Shown: in pieces, positions 49,036 to 57,620 of the stretch
How positions within the stretch are numbered: position 1 is the first letter of the stretch
Layout: each line of letters starts with the position of its first letter
Assembly: GCA_945834475.1 (NCBI GenBank)
Contig: CAMAHK010000003.1
Coordinates: 900-64,899 of the forward strand
Length of the DNA stretch: 64,000 bases
Source of the DNA: an uncultured Verrucomicrobiota bacterium
Lineage (GTDB): Bacteria > Verrucomicrobiota > Kiritimatiellia > RFP12 > UBA1067
Direction of reading: 5' to 3'
The notes under the pieces: model-generated
The model's database searches: none
Seen by the model: the letters and a program-made list of their open reading frames with translations, nothing else
Told to the model about the DNA's origin: nothing
Translations under genes and position numbers: made by a program

Positions 49036-51690
49036 TCAATCCTCTTGCGGCGTCTCGGAAAGACGCACGAGATCCATCAACTCTGCATCACTCATCTCGG
49101 TTACGAGCTTTTCGCCACCGTCAGCGAAGAGCGCATCCGCAAGACCCTGCTTGGCCTTGATCATTTCATCAATGCGCTCCTCCAGCGTGCCTGGCGTCAC
49201 GAACTTATGAATGAGGACATTGCGCTTCTGTCCAATACGATACGCACGATCGGACGCCTGATTCTCGACGGCGGGATTCCACCAGCGGTCGAAATGCACC
49301 ACGTGGTTCGCCGCTGTCAGCGTGAGACCCGTTCCCGCGGCCTTGACCGACAGCACAAAGAACGGTGGACCCATCGGTTCCTGAAATTGTTTCACCAGCT
49401 TGCCGCGTGTCGCTACCGGCGTTCCGCCATGGAGAATGAGTCCCTCGCGTCCAAAGACCGTCGCGAGATAATCCGCCAGCGGTTCGCACATCTCGCGATA
49501 CTGCGTAAAGACCAACATTTTCTCCTGACGAGCGGCGACTTCGGTGGCGCGTTCGCCGAGAACCAGGAACTTGCCGGAATCCTCAGGACGATACACATCC
49601 GTCCCCAAATACAGTGCCGGATGATTGCAGATCTGCTTGAACTTAAGCATATAGGCAAGGATGAGTCCCTTGCGCTTGATCGTCGAGCCCTCGCCTGTCG
49701 TCTCATCAAGCGCCTTGCGGAGCTCCTCGACCGTTCGGGCGTAGAGAAGTGTCTGCTTGCGCGAAAGCGCCGTCGCCACATCAAGTTCCGTCTTATCCGG
49801 CAGATCGGAGATGATCGACTTGTCGGTCTTCAGTCGACGCAGAATAAACGGACGCGTCAGGCGGCGCACGACAGAATAGTCCGTACTCTTGTCCGTCGCC
49901 TTCCGGAACGCCGTGAGACCGCCAAGAAGTCCCGGATTCACAAAATCGAAAATACTCCACAGATCTGTGAGGCGATTCTCGACCGGCGTACCCGTCAAGG
50001 CGAGTCGGCGCGGCGAGACAACCGAACGCACGGCCTTGCTCTGACCAGAACCCGGATTCTTAATCGCCTGTGCCTCATCCGCAATCACCGCATGGAACGG
50101 CAACTTCGCCAGTTCCTTCAATCGCGTGAACTGTCCATACGTCGTCAGCACCAAATCGTAGCGCGTGACATAGTCCGTTAGGGACGCGGCAGTTGGCGTT
50201 TTCAGGGACGCAAACTCGCGCCACGGCGCATCGCTCGGATGAATCGCCCCCACCTTGAGGTCGGGCGTGAATTTCGCCGCCTCGGCGCGCCAGTTCGAAA
50301 GCAACGAAGCGGGCATGACGATGAGCACAGGATTCGTCGCAAGATCACCCTGCTGCTTCCAGAGATCGATAAGCGTCAGCACTTGGAGCGTCTTGCCGAG
50401 ACCCATGTCATCCGCAAGACACGCGCCGAGTCCCGCCGCAAGCGTCCGACGAAGATAGTCGACGCCCGCCTTCTGGTACGGACGCAGAATGCCGCCGAGT
50501 CCGTTCGGCCAGTCTCCTCCTGCATCGGCTGTGGGTTGCGTAAGCGATTCCAAGAGTTCCTTCAGCTCACCATTCGCCCGCACCTCGACATCGTCCTTCG
50601 CGCCCGACTCCGCCGCGAGGGAATCGAGTCCGCCGCCCGCCAACAGCCGCAGTGCCTGCGCCATTGTGACGCCATCCCCGACGAGCCGCTTCGCCTCTTT
50701 CCAATGCGCGAGCAATTCCTGGATCTTCTCAGGATCCGCCATCACCCATTCGCCGCGGATGCGAACGAGTCCGTCGCGTGATTCGGCTAGCATCCGCAAT
50801 TCTTCCTCAGAGAGCATCTCGCCGTCCAACGATACACCAACCGAGAAATCGCAGAGCGCCATACCGTTGAGTCCACCGCCGGGCGTCTTACCAACCGTGA
50901 CCGAGACCTTCGCCTTCGGCGGCGCCTTCGCCCACAGGCGACCCGTCCGCACGAGAAGTCCCGCCGTCTCGTATCCGGCAATCCCCTTGAGGAAGCCATA
51001 AGCCTCGCCCACGGTGAGCGCACACGGCTGAAAGATGCGCCGCGTCTCGAGGAGCGACGACAAGAAGCCATCTTCTCTTGCGGCGGCTTCCAGAGGCGCG
51101 AGAATCCGTCCAAGCGCGGCGGGACGGCTCGCATAGGCCTTCAGTGCGGCCGAAAGCGGCAAATGACGCATCTTGCCGTCGGCATCTGCGCGATTGACAA
51201 AGGTCGCGAGAAAAGCAAACGGACGGCTACCGCTCTTATCGCCCTTGTTCTCTGCCAGATGGAGCGACACCTTACCGAGATCGCGCCAGCCGGATCCAAA
51301 AGTCTGAATATGAGCGAAGAGATCGCCGCCTGCGGCTTCGACCTCCAACGCCAGCGCCTGCTCAAACTGCGCATAGAGCGAAACAAGAACCTCGTCGCGC
51401 CAATACTCGCCGCCCGTCATCGGCGGAACAGACGCGAGCAGGCCGAGTCGCTCCATCGCATCGGGACGGCAACGCGCACAAACTTCTTTCGAGGGCATCC
51501 GTCCATCTTCCGATGCGGCGACCAGTTTGCGCACATGATCAGAGAGGAGGTGGCGCACCCAGAGTGCCGCCGCCGTAAGGTCCGGCGAACTTGTCTTGAC
51601 CAATTCGAGAAGAGCATTACCGGTTTCTACATTCCCCTCGGCGAGATCAAGAACGCCATCCGGCCTGAGTCTCACGTCACCACAACTCAC
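49036..51690 (-). CDS. SNF2-family helicase with a bacterial SNF2-associated N-terminal region
   Basis: LADDMGLGKT, VIADEAQAIKN, LTGTPVENRL, GGTGLTLTAANHVVHFDRWWNPAVENQASDRAYRIGQ, and an N-terminal VRIRGEWV region. The GTG start immediately follows the upstream stop (TGAGTG). Confidence 0.9.
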   Translation of the reverse strand: MSCGDVRLRPDGVLDLAEGNVETGNALLELVKTSSPDLTAAALWVRHLLSDHVRKLVAASEDGRMPSKEVCARCRPDAMERLGLLASVPPMTGGEYWRDEVLVSLYAQFEQALALEVEAAGGDLFAHIQTFGSGWRDLGKVSLHLAENKGDKSGSRPFAFLATFVNRADADGKMRHLPLSAALKAYASRPAALGRILAPLEAAAREDGFLSSLLETRRIFQPCALTVGEAYGFLKGIAGYETAGLLVRTGRLWAKAPPKAKVSVTVGKTPGGGLNGMALCDFSVGVSLDGEMLSEEELRMLAESRDGLVRIRGEWVMADPEKIQELLAHWKEAKRLVGDGVTMAQALRLLAGGGLDSLAAESGAKDDVEVRANGELKELLESLTQPTADAGGDWPNGLGGILRPYQKAGVDYLRRTLAAGLGACLADDMGLGKTLQVLTLIDLWKQQGDLATNPVLIVMPASLLSNWRAEAAKFTPDLKVGAIHPSDAPWREFASLKTPTAASLTDYVTRYDLVLTTYGQFTRLKELAKLPFHAVIADEAQAIKNPGSGQSKAVRSVVSPRRLALTGTPVENRLTDLWSIFDFVNPGLLGGLTAFRKATDKSTDYSVVRRLTRPFILRRLKTDKSIISDLPDKTELDVATALSRKQTLLYARTVEELRKALDETTGEGSTIKRKGLILAYMLKFKQICNHPALYLGTDVYRPEDSGKFLVLGERATEVAARQEKMLVFTQYREMCEPLADYLATVFGREGLILHGGTPVATRGKLVKQFQEPMGPPFFVLSVKAAGTGLTLTAANHVVHFDRWWNPAVENQASDRAYRIGQKRNVLIHKFVTPGTLEERIDEMIKAKQGLADALFADGGEKLVTEMSDAELMDLVRLSETPQED

Positions 51691-53253
51691 TCAAAAGTCC
51701 CTCTTGAATTTCGACAGAAACAGTCCGATTCGTTCATCCTCGGACGGATAAGCATCCCTGAAGTCCATCCTGTCATGCAGCTTTTGAAGCGCAACGACCC
51801 AGTCAAGGCATTTCGAAGAAGGCACCTCGTTCGTCGGAACCGAGAAACGGTCAATCACCTCAACGGCATCTGTGAGTCTCCCCTCGTTCACATACCACTC
51901 CAGAAGGACACCCGCCGCACGAACATCATCAGGATGACGAACACAAAACGATTCTAGCAATCCCACGGCAAGATCTTTGTCATGTCTGAACAACATGCCG
52001 AAATACGCGAGATTAACATAAGCCGAGCGCGGATGAGCGGCCACTAGCTCGCGCATCACGTTTTCAAACTGACTGTAGTCGTCACTCGCCGGGTCGACCT
52101 CCGACAACACCAGTTCATCCGCCTCGCAAACCAAATCGTCTTCCTCTTCAGTCAACTCACGAATTTCCAGCTCCAGCGGATAGACATAAAACGGCATACG
52201 CGGACACCCCTTCGCATCCACGTCGGCCTGTAGCTCAGCCTTCTCTTGAGCCACACAGTCTTCCTCCGACTTGACCATACGTTCCAGAACCGTTGCCATC
52301 CGCCGGGCGCGCTCGCTTGACAATTTACGCACCAGCGTCAGCGCGTCCTCCGTCGCAAGCGAATTGTCCGCGAGCAGAAAAGCGATGCAATCCTCGGCAA
52401 GAACCTTCGGACAACGAACGAAAGGGTCGACTCCGTTCGTAACATCATCAGAAAAGTTTCGGGCGGGCCTGAAGTTCAACCGATCGAAGTAGGGCCATTC
52501 ATCGCCATCCGCCGTCCACGGCAACACGTCATCCGCTAAAGCGTCCAGATAGCGAGCCGGAATCAGGGAATGCTGCGAATCACCGGTTTTCATAAGGTCA
52601 AGCGTCGCCTGCCCCGTCTCGTCAAGATTCGCATGGGCAATGCCCGTGTAGAAAGCCAGACGATCCGAGTCGGCCATGCCAGATTTCGCCACATACGCGA
52701 TGATGTCGCGGTGCCGATGATAAAGCGCAAGGGCAAAGCAGACTTCAAGTGCGCCATAGACGGAAATCGGCGGGACGGCGAGTGCGGCATCCAGCGATCT
52801 AATCGCCTCATCCTCATGTCCCGTCACATGCGCATAGACCGCCAGACGGGCAAGTCCAAACGAATCGACGGCACTCATCTTCGCGTTTCCCTCACGCTGG
52901 ATGTCGCACGCCGCCGCGTAGTCACCCATCTCCCAGGCGCAACTGGCCTCGTTGTTCCATGACGCGCTGTGCGTCGGATCGATTTCGCGGGAACGCTTGA
53001 ACAATTCGCGCGCCTTGGCGAAATCCAATGCCTTCATGGCGTCAATCCCCTTGTCATGAAGGTGCTCGGACTTGGGATCGAACGAAAGTTCTCCCGACTT
53101 GATGCCCGACTTCTCGCAGCGCACAAGCTGTGTGACCTCCGCAAGCGTCATGCCGTCGACCAACTTACTGCGATATTCCTTAAAGCAGCAGAACTTGAAC
53201 TTCTTGCCGCTCCCGCACGGACACGGCGCATAGATTATCTCCTGACCAAGCAT
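51691..53253 (-). CDS. SEC-C motif plus TPR-like repeat protein
   Basis: N-terminal CPCGSGKKFKFCC (SEC-C metal-binding motif) followed by helical repeats. It is the first gene of the SNF2 operon. Confidence 0.75.
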   Translation of the reverse strand: MLGQEIIYAPCPCGSGKKFKFCCFKEYRSKLVDGMTLAEVTQLVRCEKSGIKSGELSFDPKSEHLHDKGIDAMKALDFAKARELFKRSREIDPTHSASWNNEASCAWEMGDYAAACDIQREGNAKMSAVDSFGLARLAVYAHVTGHEDEAIRSLDAALAVPPISVYGALEVCFALALYHRHRDIIAYVAKSGMADSDRLAFYTGIAHANLDETGQATLDLMKTGDSQHSLIPARYLDALADDVLPWTADGDEWPYFDRLNFRPARNFSDDVTNGVDPFVRCPKVLAEDCIAFLLADNSLATEDALTLVRKLSSERARRMATVLERMVKSEEDCVAQEKAELQADVDAKGCPRMPFYVYPLELEIRELTEEEDDLVCEADELVLSEVDPASDDYSQFENVMRELVAAHPRSAYVNLAYFGMLFRHDKDLAVGLLESFCVRHPDDVRAAGVLLEWYVNEGRLTDAVEVIDRFSVPTNEVPSSKCLDWVVALQKLHDRMDFRDAYPSEDERIGLFLSKFKRDF

Positions 53254-53312
53254 GAATTATCGTTCCCCTTTCATTGCTGTAAAATCTGCCTCTGGAAATT
53301 CCTCTTACGCGC

Positions 53313-53321
53313 ATTATACCA
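53313..53321 (-). promoter_or_regulatory. Extended -10 box TGGTATAAT upstream of the SEC-C/SNF2/SWIM operon (59-nt leader)
   Basis: The minus strand reads TTTTGGTATAATGCGCG. An AAAGGGGAA SD precedes the ATG at 53253. Confidence 0.5.
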
Positions 53322-53345
53322 AAAGGCACGGCGCGGCGGGGAGAA

Positions 53346-53522
53346 TTATCGGGCGAGGCGCAGCTCGCGCACGGCGGCGACGAGCGCGGCGTAGGGCAGG
53401 AACCAGGCGGCCTTGCCGAGAAGCTTCGTGAGCAGCGTCGCTTCGGACGAGGCGAGGTGCGCGACGAGGGCAACGGCGATGGCGGTGCATGCAGCGGCGA
53501 TGATGACGGACTTCTTGTTCAT
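53346..53522 (-). CDS. Possible 58-aa membrane protein
   Basis: Internal ATG gives MNKKSVIIAAACTAIAVALVAHL. A strong AAGGAG SD lies 7 nt upstream. It has two hydrophobic stretches. Confidence 0.4.
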   Translation of the reverse strand: MNKKSVIIAAACTAIAVALVAHLASSEATLLTKLLGKAAWFLPYAALVAAVRELRLAR

Positions 53523-53586
53523 GGTTTGTTCTCCTTTCTTGTTGTTCTTGCCCTCCGTAGCCCGTGGCGCAAGAGGGTCGGGTGTT

Positions 53587-53643
53587 GATCCGAAGGACGG
53601 AGAACTCGCTTTTTGCAAAAAGACACCCACCGTCGTTCGGATC
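53587..53643. other. Inverted repeat in the 323-nt spacer upstream of the 58-aa ORF
   Basis: GATCCGAAGGACGG ... CCGTCGTTCGGATC pair at 13 of 14 positions. They enclose the palindrome CTTTTTGCAAAAAG (53609-53622). Confidence 0.5.
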
Positions 53644-53845
53644 AAAATCCAAACGGCGTGAAACGTTTCGTAGGTCCCTTTGCGAATAAGCTTGGCGGCG
53701 TATGACCTATTTCATCCGGGTCAGTGACTCCTGTGCATTCGCGAAGTTCGGCCCGAAGGCCTAGTGCTTCTCATCGATTCACTGACGCACAGTATACGCT
53801 TCTTGAGGCCAAAGGTCAAGAGGGCGAGACATTGAGAATTCGACT

Positions 53846-54829
53846 TTACCAGGCCTGGGCGTCAAGAGCATCAACCAGAAGCCGACGCGCGTGTTCATCG
53901 CGGATCTCCGAACCGCCCTTGACGACGCGACCCTTCGCGTCGAGCTGCGAATCGGAACCGAGCACAACGACGATGACGCGCTTGCCCTTGCGGGTCCCCG
54001 TCAGGACGACGGAGCTTCCGCCCGCATCGATGTAGCCCGTCTTGAGACCGTCGACACATTCCTTGCCGTCCGGGCCAATCACCTTCTGCTTGTCCTTCAC
54101 CATAATGTTGTTGTGGTTTCGGAGGTTCTTCACAAGCGACTCGCCCGGGGCAAACTTCGTTTCGCGCAAGGGACGGTTCACCTGACGCGTCACACTAACA
54201 CGGAAACCGGTCGGCGTCTTGACGAGGGCGGCTGTCTTGACGGACGTGAATTCGAGAATCTCGGAATACTTGAGCAGCTGCACGGCCAGCTTGAGCTGAT
54301 CCGCCGCCGTTGAGACGTTAAAGTTCTTCCACGGATACCGCTTCGCCTTGTTCGGCGGCAGCCCGTTCGGATTATAGTACGTCGTCGCGTTCATCCCGAG
54401 CTCCTTCGCCCGGGCGTTCATCTTCGCGACAAAACCGTCGAACGAGCCCGCAGAATGGATGCCGAGCGCAATCGCCGCGTCGTTGGCGCTTTCGACCATC
54501 AGCGCCAGCAACAGGTCGCGCACCGTCATCTGCTCGCCCGGCTTGATGCCGACCCAGCTCGGTTCGCACCGGTAGACATCGGGCGTTGCCGTGACCTTGT
54601 CGAAGAACGTGTACTTCTTCGCGCGCACGTCCTCCAGCACCAAGAGCGCTGTCATCAGCTTCGTGACGCTCGCCGGATAGGCGGGACGGTCGGCGTTGTC
54701 CGCGAAAAGGACGCGTCCCGACGCATCGGCCGAGATCGCACCCCGATACGGCGCGCACTTCATCGATGCCGCGACTGCGGAAGCCGCGGTCGCCAGGGCG
54801 ACGAGACCGACAAAGAGGAGACGCTTCAC
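53846..54829 (-). CDS. dacA: D-alanyl-D-alanine carboxypeptidase (S11, PBP5/6-like)
   Basis: SVTKLMT (SxxK), SAND-like (ESANDAA) and KTG (LKTGY) motifs. I prefer the GTG at 54829 (GTGA overlap with the upstream stop). The track start is 54856. Confidence 0.85.
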   Translation of the reverse strand: MKRLLFVGLVALATAASAVAASMKCAPYRGAISADASGRVLFADNADRPAYPASVTKLMTALLVLEDVRAKKYTFFDKVTATPDVYRCEPSWVGIKPGEQMTVRDLLLALMVESANDAAIALGIHSAGSFDGFVAKMNARAKELGMNATTYYNPNGLPPNKAKRYPWKNFNVSTAADQLKLAVQLLKYSEILEFTSVKTAALVKTPTGFRVSVTRQVNRPLRETKFAPGESLVKNLRNHNNIMVKDKQKVIGPDGKECVDGLKTGYIDAGGSSVVLTGTRKGKRVIVVVLGSDSQLDAKGRVVKGGSEIRDEHARRLLVDALDAQAW

Positions 54830-55656
54830 TTGACCGTCGCTCGCGTGGCTTTGCACAGCGCCTTCCAGAGCGCTGCGGAATCGGTCGCTTCAAGGACGGA
54901 TTTGCGGTTTGCCTCCTTCTCGAAGGACTGCATGAGACCCGACATGAGACGAAGGTAGAACGCCGAGACGGCGACCGGAATCGCCGACAGGAAGACGATG
55001 TTCACCTTGTTCTCGCCGTCCCAGTCGATGCCTTCCTTCGAGATACCGAGCGCCAGCGTGAGCGCACCGCCCTCGACGCCGCGAACGTGCGGGAACGCAA
55101 GCCCCTCGCCCATCGCCGTCGACATCACGTTCTCGCGGTCCATCGCCGCGGAAATAAGGCTGTCTGAATTCTTGATGAAGTTGTTACGCTCCATCGCCAT
55201 CGCCAGCGCCGCAATCGCGCCGACGCGGTCCGTCGTCTGAAGATCGACGACCATCAGTTCCTCGGCGCTGAAACGCGAAATGCCGACCTTCGGCTCTTCG
55301 GTCTTTTCGACCTCGGCAATATTCTGCGCCGCATCCTCGGGATTCGCGAAGAGGATACGCCCACAGCTTGAGCAACTCACGAGATGCTGGGCGAGGCGAA
55401 CCTGCTGCACCTGCGAGATCGGCACCTGCATGCCGCAGACCGCACAACAGTTGTTCGTCATCGCCGACATGACGATGTGACTCTTCTTGTAAAGACGCTG
55501 ATAAATCGCCGCAACCTGGGGATTCAACTGATCCTGCAGGGCGAAAATCGAATCATTCAAACGGTCGAGATGGTCGACCTGTCCGGCCTGGTTGAGTTCA
55601 TCACGCGTCAGCACGAGTTCCTGGAGCTGGCGCAGGGTATTGATCTGGCTCTTCAT
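54826..55656 (-). CDS. Fusion protein of a C4 zinc-ribbon/coiled-coil (COG1579-like) N-domain and a PTS EIIA(Ntr/fructose-type) C-domain
   Basis: I prefer the ATG at 55656 (MKSQINTLRQLQ). The zinc ribbon is CCAVCGMQVP ... CSSCGRILF. The EIIA part has GEGLAFPHVRG (phosphorylatable His context). ATGA overlap with the mntR stop. Confidence 0.75.
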   Translation of the reverse strand: MKSQINTLRQLQELVLTRDELNQAGQVDHLDRLNDSIFALQDQLNPQVAAIYQRLYKKSHIVMSAMTNNCCAVCGMQVPISQVQQVRLAQHLVSCSSCGRILFANPEDAAQNIAEVEKTEEPKVGISRFSAEELMVVDLQTTDRVGAIAALAMAMERNNFIKNSDSLISAAMDRENVMSTAMGEGLAFPHVRGVEGGALTLALGISKEGIDWDGENKVNIVFLSAIPVAVSAFYLRLMSGLMQSFEKEANRKSVLEATDSAALWKALCKATRATVK

Positions 55657-56027
55657 TTGTTTGTTTTCTCGGTATAGCTGCGAATCTTGTCTAGAGTTTC
55701 CGCAGAAAGGATATGTTCCATCAGGCACGCATCCTTGTCCGCGTTCTTCTGGGAAACGCCCAACATCATCAGAAATTTCCTCAGGAGCGTATGCCGCCCC
55801 AGGACGTGCTTCGCCAAGCGCTCCCCTTTCGCCGTCAGTTCGATCGGCGAATAGGGCTGTTGCGTCACGAGCTCAAGCTTCTTCAGCTCATGAATCGCCT
55901 TGACAACGGACGGCATCTTCACGTCGAGGAGCTTCGCCACGTCGCGGACCTGCGCCGGCTTCCCGTCGGCGATCAGCATGTAGATCGCCTCGAGATAGTC
56001 TTCCAAGCTCTGCGTCATCGTCGTCAT
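55653..56027 (-). CDS. mntR: DtxR/MntR-family metal-dependent transcriptional regulator (no SH3-like domain)
   Basis: MTQSLEDYLEAIYML ... VRDVAKLLDVKMPSVVKAIHELKK ... RHTLLRKFL. Confidence 0.85.
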   Translation of the reverse strand: MTTMTQSLEDYLEAIYMLIADGKPAQVRDVAKLLDVKMPSVVKAIHELKKLELVTQQPYSPIELTAKGERLAKHVLGRHTLLRKFLMMLGVSQKNADKDACLMEHILSAETLDKIRSYTEKTNK

Positions 56028-56034
56028 CTGGGAA

Positions 56035-57108
56035 TCACTTTCCGAACGGACTCGTCTTCTTCATGAGGTGGGCGAACTTCACCGTCTCGATGGCGTCATC
56101 GACCGTGATCGGGAACGGTGCCGCCGTGCGGACCGTGTCGTAGACGTGCTTCCAAAACGCCGACGGCCCCGTGAGAGACCCCTTCGGCAGTTCGACCGTG
56201 AAGGTCTTCACCGGCACGTTCTCGTGCATGTCAACGAGCTCGGGCGTACGAACCGACGAGCGGCGGCGCGGAAACTTGAAATCGGGATCAATCACCGTCA
56301 GCACGCCCTCGGACGCGCCCGGCTGAACCTTGAACGTGCCGCGCTCGGCGCGAATCACAAACGACGGCGCTCGGTCTTCGGGGAGCACACCGCCCGAAAA
56401 CTCAACGTCGGCCGTGATCGGTTCGCGCGTCTTCAGGTTGACGTGCGCGTAATCCTCCGCATCGCCGAGCGAAGCAATGCGCTTCAGGTCGCTCCACATC
56501 TGGATCGGCGGCACGGGCAGGAGCTTGAGCGTCTGGAGGATGAGATCGGGCATCGCATAGTAGGCCGCGCCGCCGCCGAGACGCTTCACGCACTGCCAGT
56601 CGTCACGACGGATGAAGTCTTCGCGGCGCACGCGGACCTGGTAGATCATGCCGAGCCGCGGATCGCCCATCATCTGCTTCGTCAGCAGAAAGTCAGGCGC
56701 GAACATGCCGCGATGCAGAAAGAGCAGACGGTTCTTCGCCTTGATCGCCGCACCCTTCAAAACCTGCGCGTCGTCCGGCGTCAGAGCCATCGGCGTCTCG
56801 AGAAGCGTCCAGAACCCGCGCCCGAGCGACTCGAGCGCGTGGGACACATGATCGACGGACGGCGTCGCGATGTCAACAAGGTCGATGTCGGACTCGTCCA
56901 GCATGTCGGAGAACTGGCGGAACATGCGGCACTCGGGAAAGTCCTTCGCGATGATGTCACGGCGCTCCTTGCGGAGGTCGCACGCGCAGATGACCTTGAA
57001 GAGCGCGGGATGGGCCTTGAAGACGGGATAGTGCGTCTCGAACATCGAACGGCCCAATCCCATGAGCGCCACGCGAATCGGCGGACGCTGATATTCGACA
57101 GTCTTCAT
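56035..57108 (-). CDS. Gfo/Idh/MocA-family oxidoreductase
   Basis: IRVALMGLGRSMFETHYP Rossmann start and typical C-terminal alpha/beta domain. ATGA overlap with nrdR. Confidence 0.85.
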   Translation of the reverse strand: MKTVEYQRPPIRVALMGLGRSMFETHYPVFKAHPALFKVICACDLRKERRDIIAKDFPECRMFRQFSDMLDESDIDLVDIATPSVDHVSHALESLGRGFWTLLETPMALTPDDAQVLKGAAIKAKNRLLFLHRGMFAPDFLLTKQMMGDPRLGMIYQVRVRREDFIRRDDWQCVKRLGGGAAYYAMPDLILQTLKLLPVPPIQMWSDLKRIASLGDAEDYAHVNLKTREPITADVEFSGGVLPEDRAPSFVIRAERGTFKVQPGASEGVLTVIDPDFKFPRRRSSVRTPELVDMHENVPVKTFTVELPKGSLTGPSAFWKHVYDTVRTAAPFPITVDDAIETVKFAHLMKKTSPFGK

Positions 57109-57548
57109 TTGCGCACGATCTCCGTTATGGCGGAAAGGAATTCCGCGACGTCCTTGAACTGACGGTAGACGCTCGCGAACCGGATGTACGCGACTTCGTC
57201 CACCTTGTGAAGTTCGTCCATGACGAGCTCGGCGATCTTCGTCGACAGGATCTCGTCGCCCTCGAGCTTCGCGACGACGTTGTCGATCATCGTCTTGATC
57301 TGCTCACTAGAGATCTTCCGCTTGCCGCACGCCTGGCGAATCGCCTTCTCGAGCTTCTGGCGGTCGAAGGTCTGCCGTGTGCCGTCACGCTTGACAACCT
57401 GGACCTCGTCGCGATTGATTTCCTCATACGTCGTGAACCGATGCCCGCACGTCACGCACTCGCGACGACGGCGTATGGCCGCCCCCTCGCGCGCACTGCG
57501 CGAGTCCAAGACCTTGTCATCGTCAGCTCCACATCTCGGACACTTCAT
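57105..57548 (-). CDS. nrdR: Transcriptional repressor NrdR
   Basis: I prefer the ATG at 57548. MKCPRCGADDDKVLDSR ... CVTCGHRFTTYE zinc ribbon plus an ATP-cone. Confidence 0.93.
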   Translation of the reverse strand: MKCPRCGADDDKVLDSRSAREGAAIRRRRECVTCGHRFTTYEEINRDEVQVVKRDGTRQTFDRQKLEKAIRQACGKRKISSEQIKTMIDNVVAKLEGDEILSTKIAELVMDELHKVDEVAYIRFASVYRQFKDVAEFLSAITEIVRK

Positions 57549-57620
57549 TTCAAACTCACCGATGTATGATTCACACTCGGTTGAATTATACACCAAGCAA
57601 CGAGAAAAAAGCAAGCGGAA

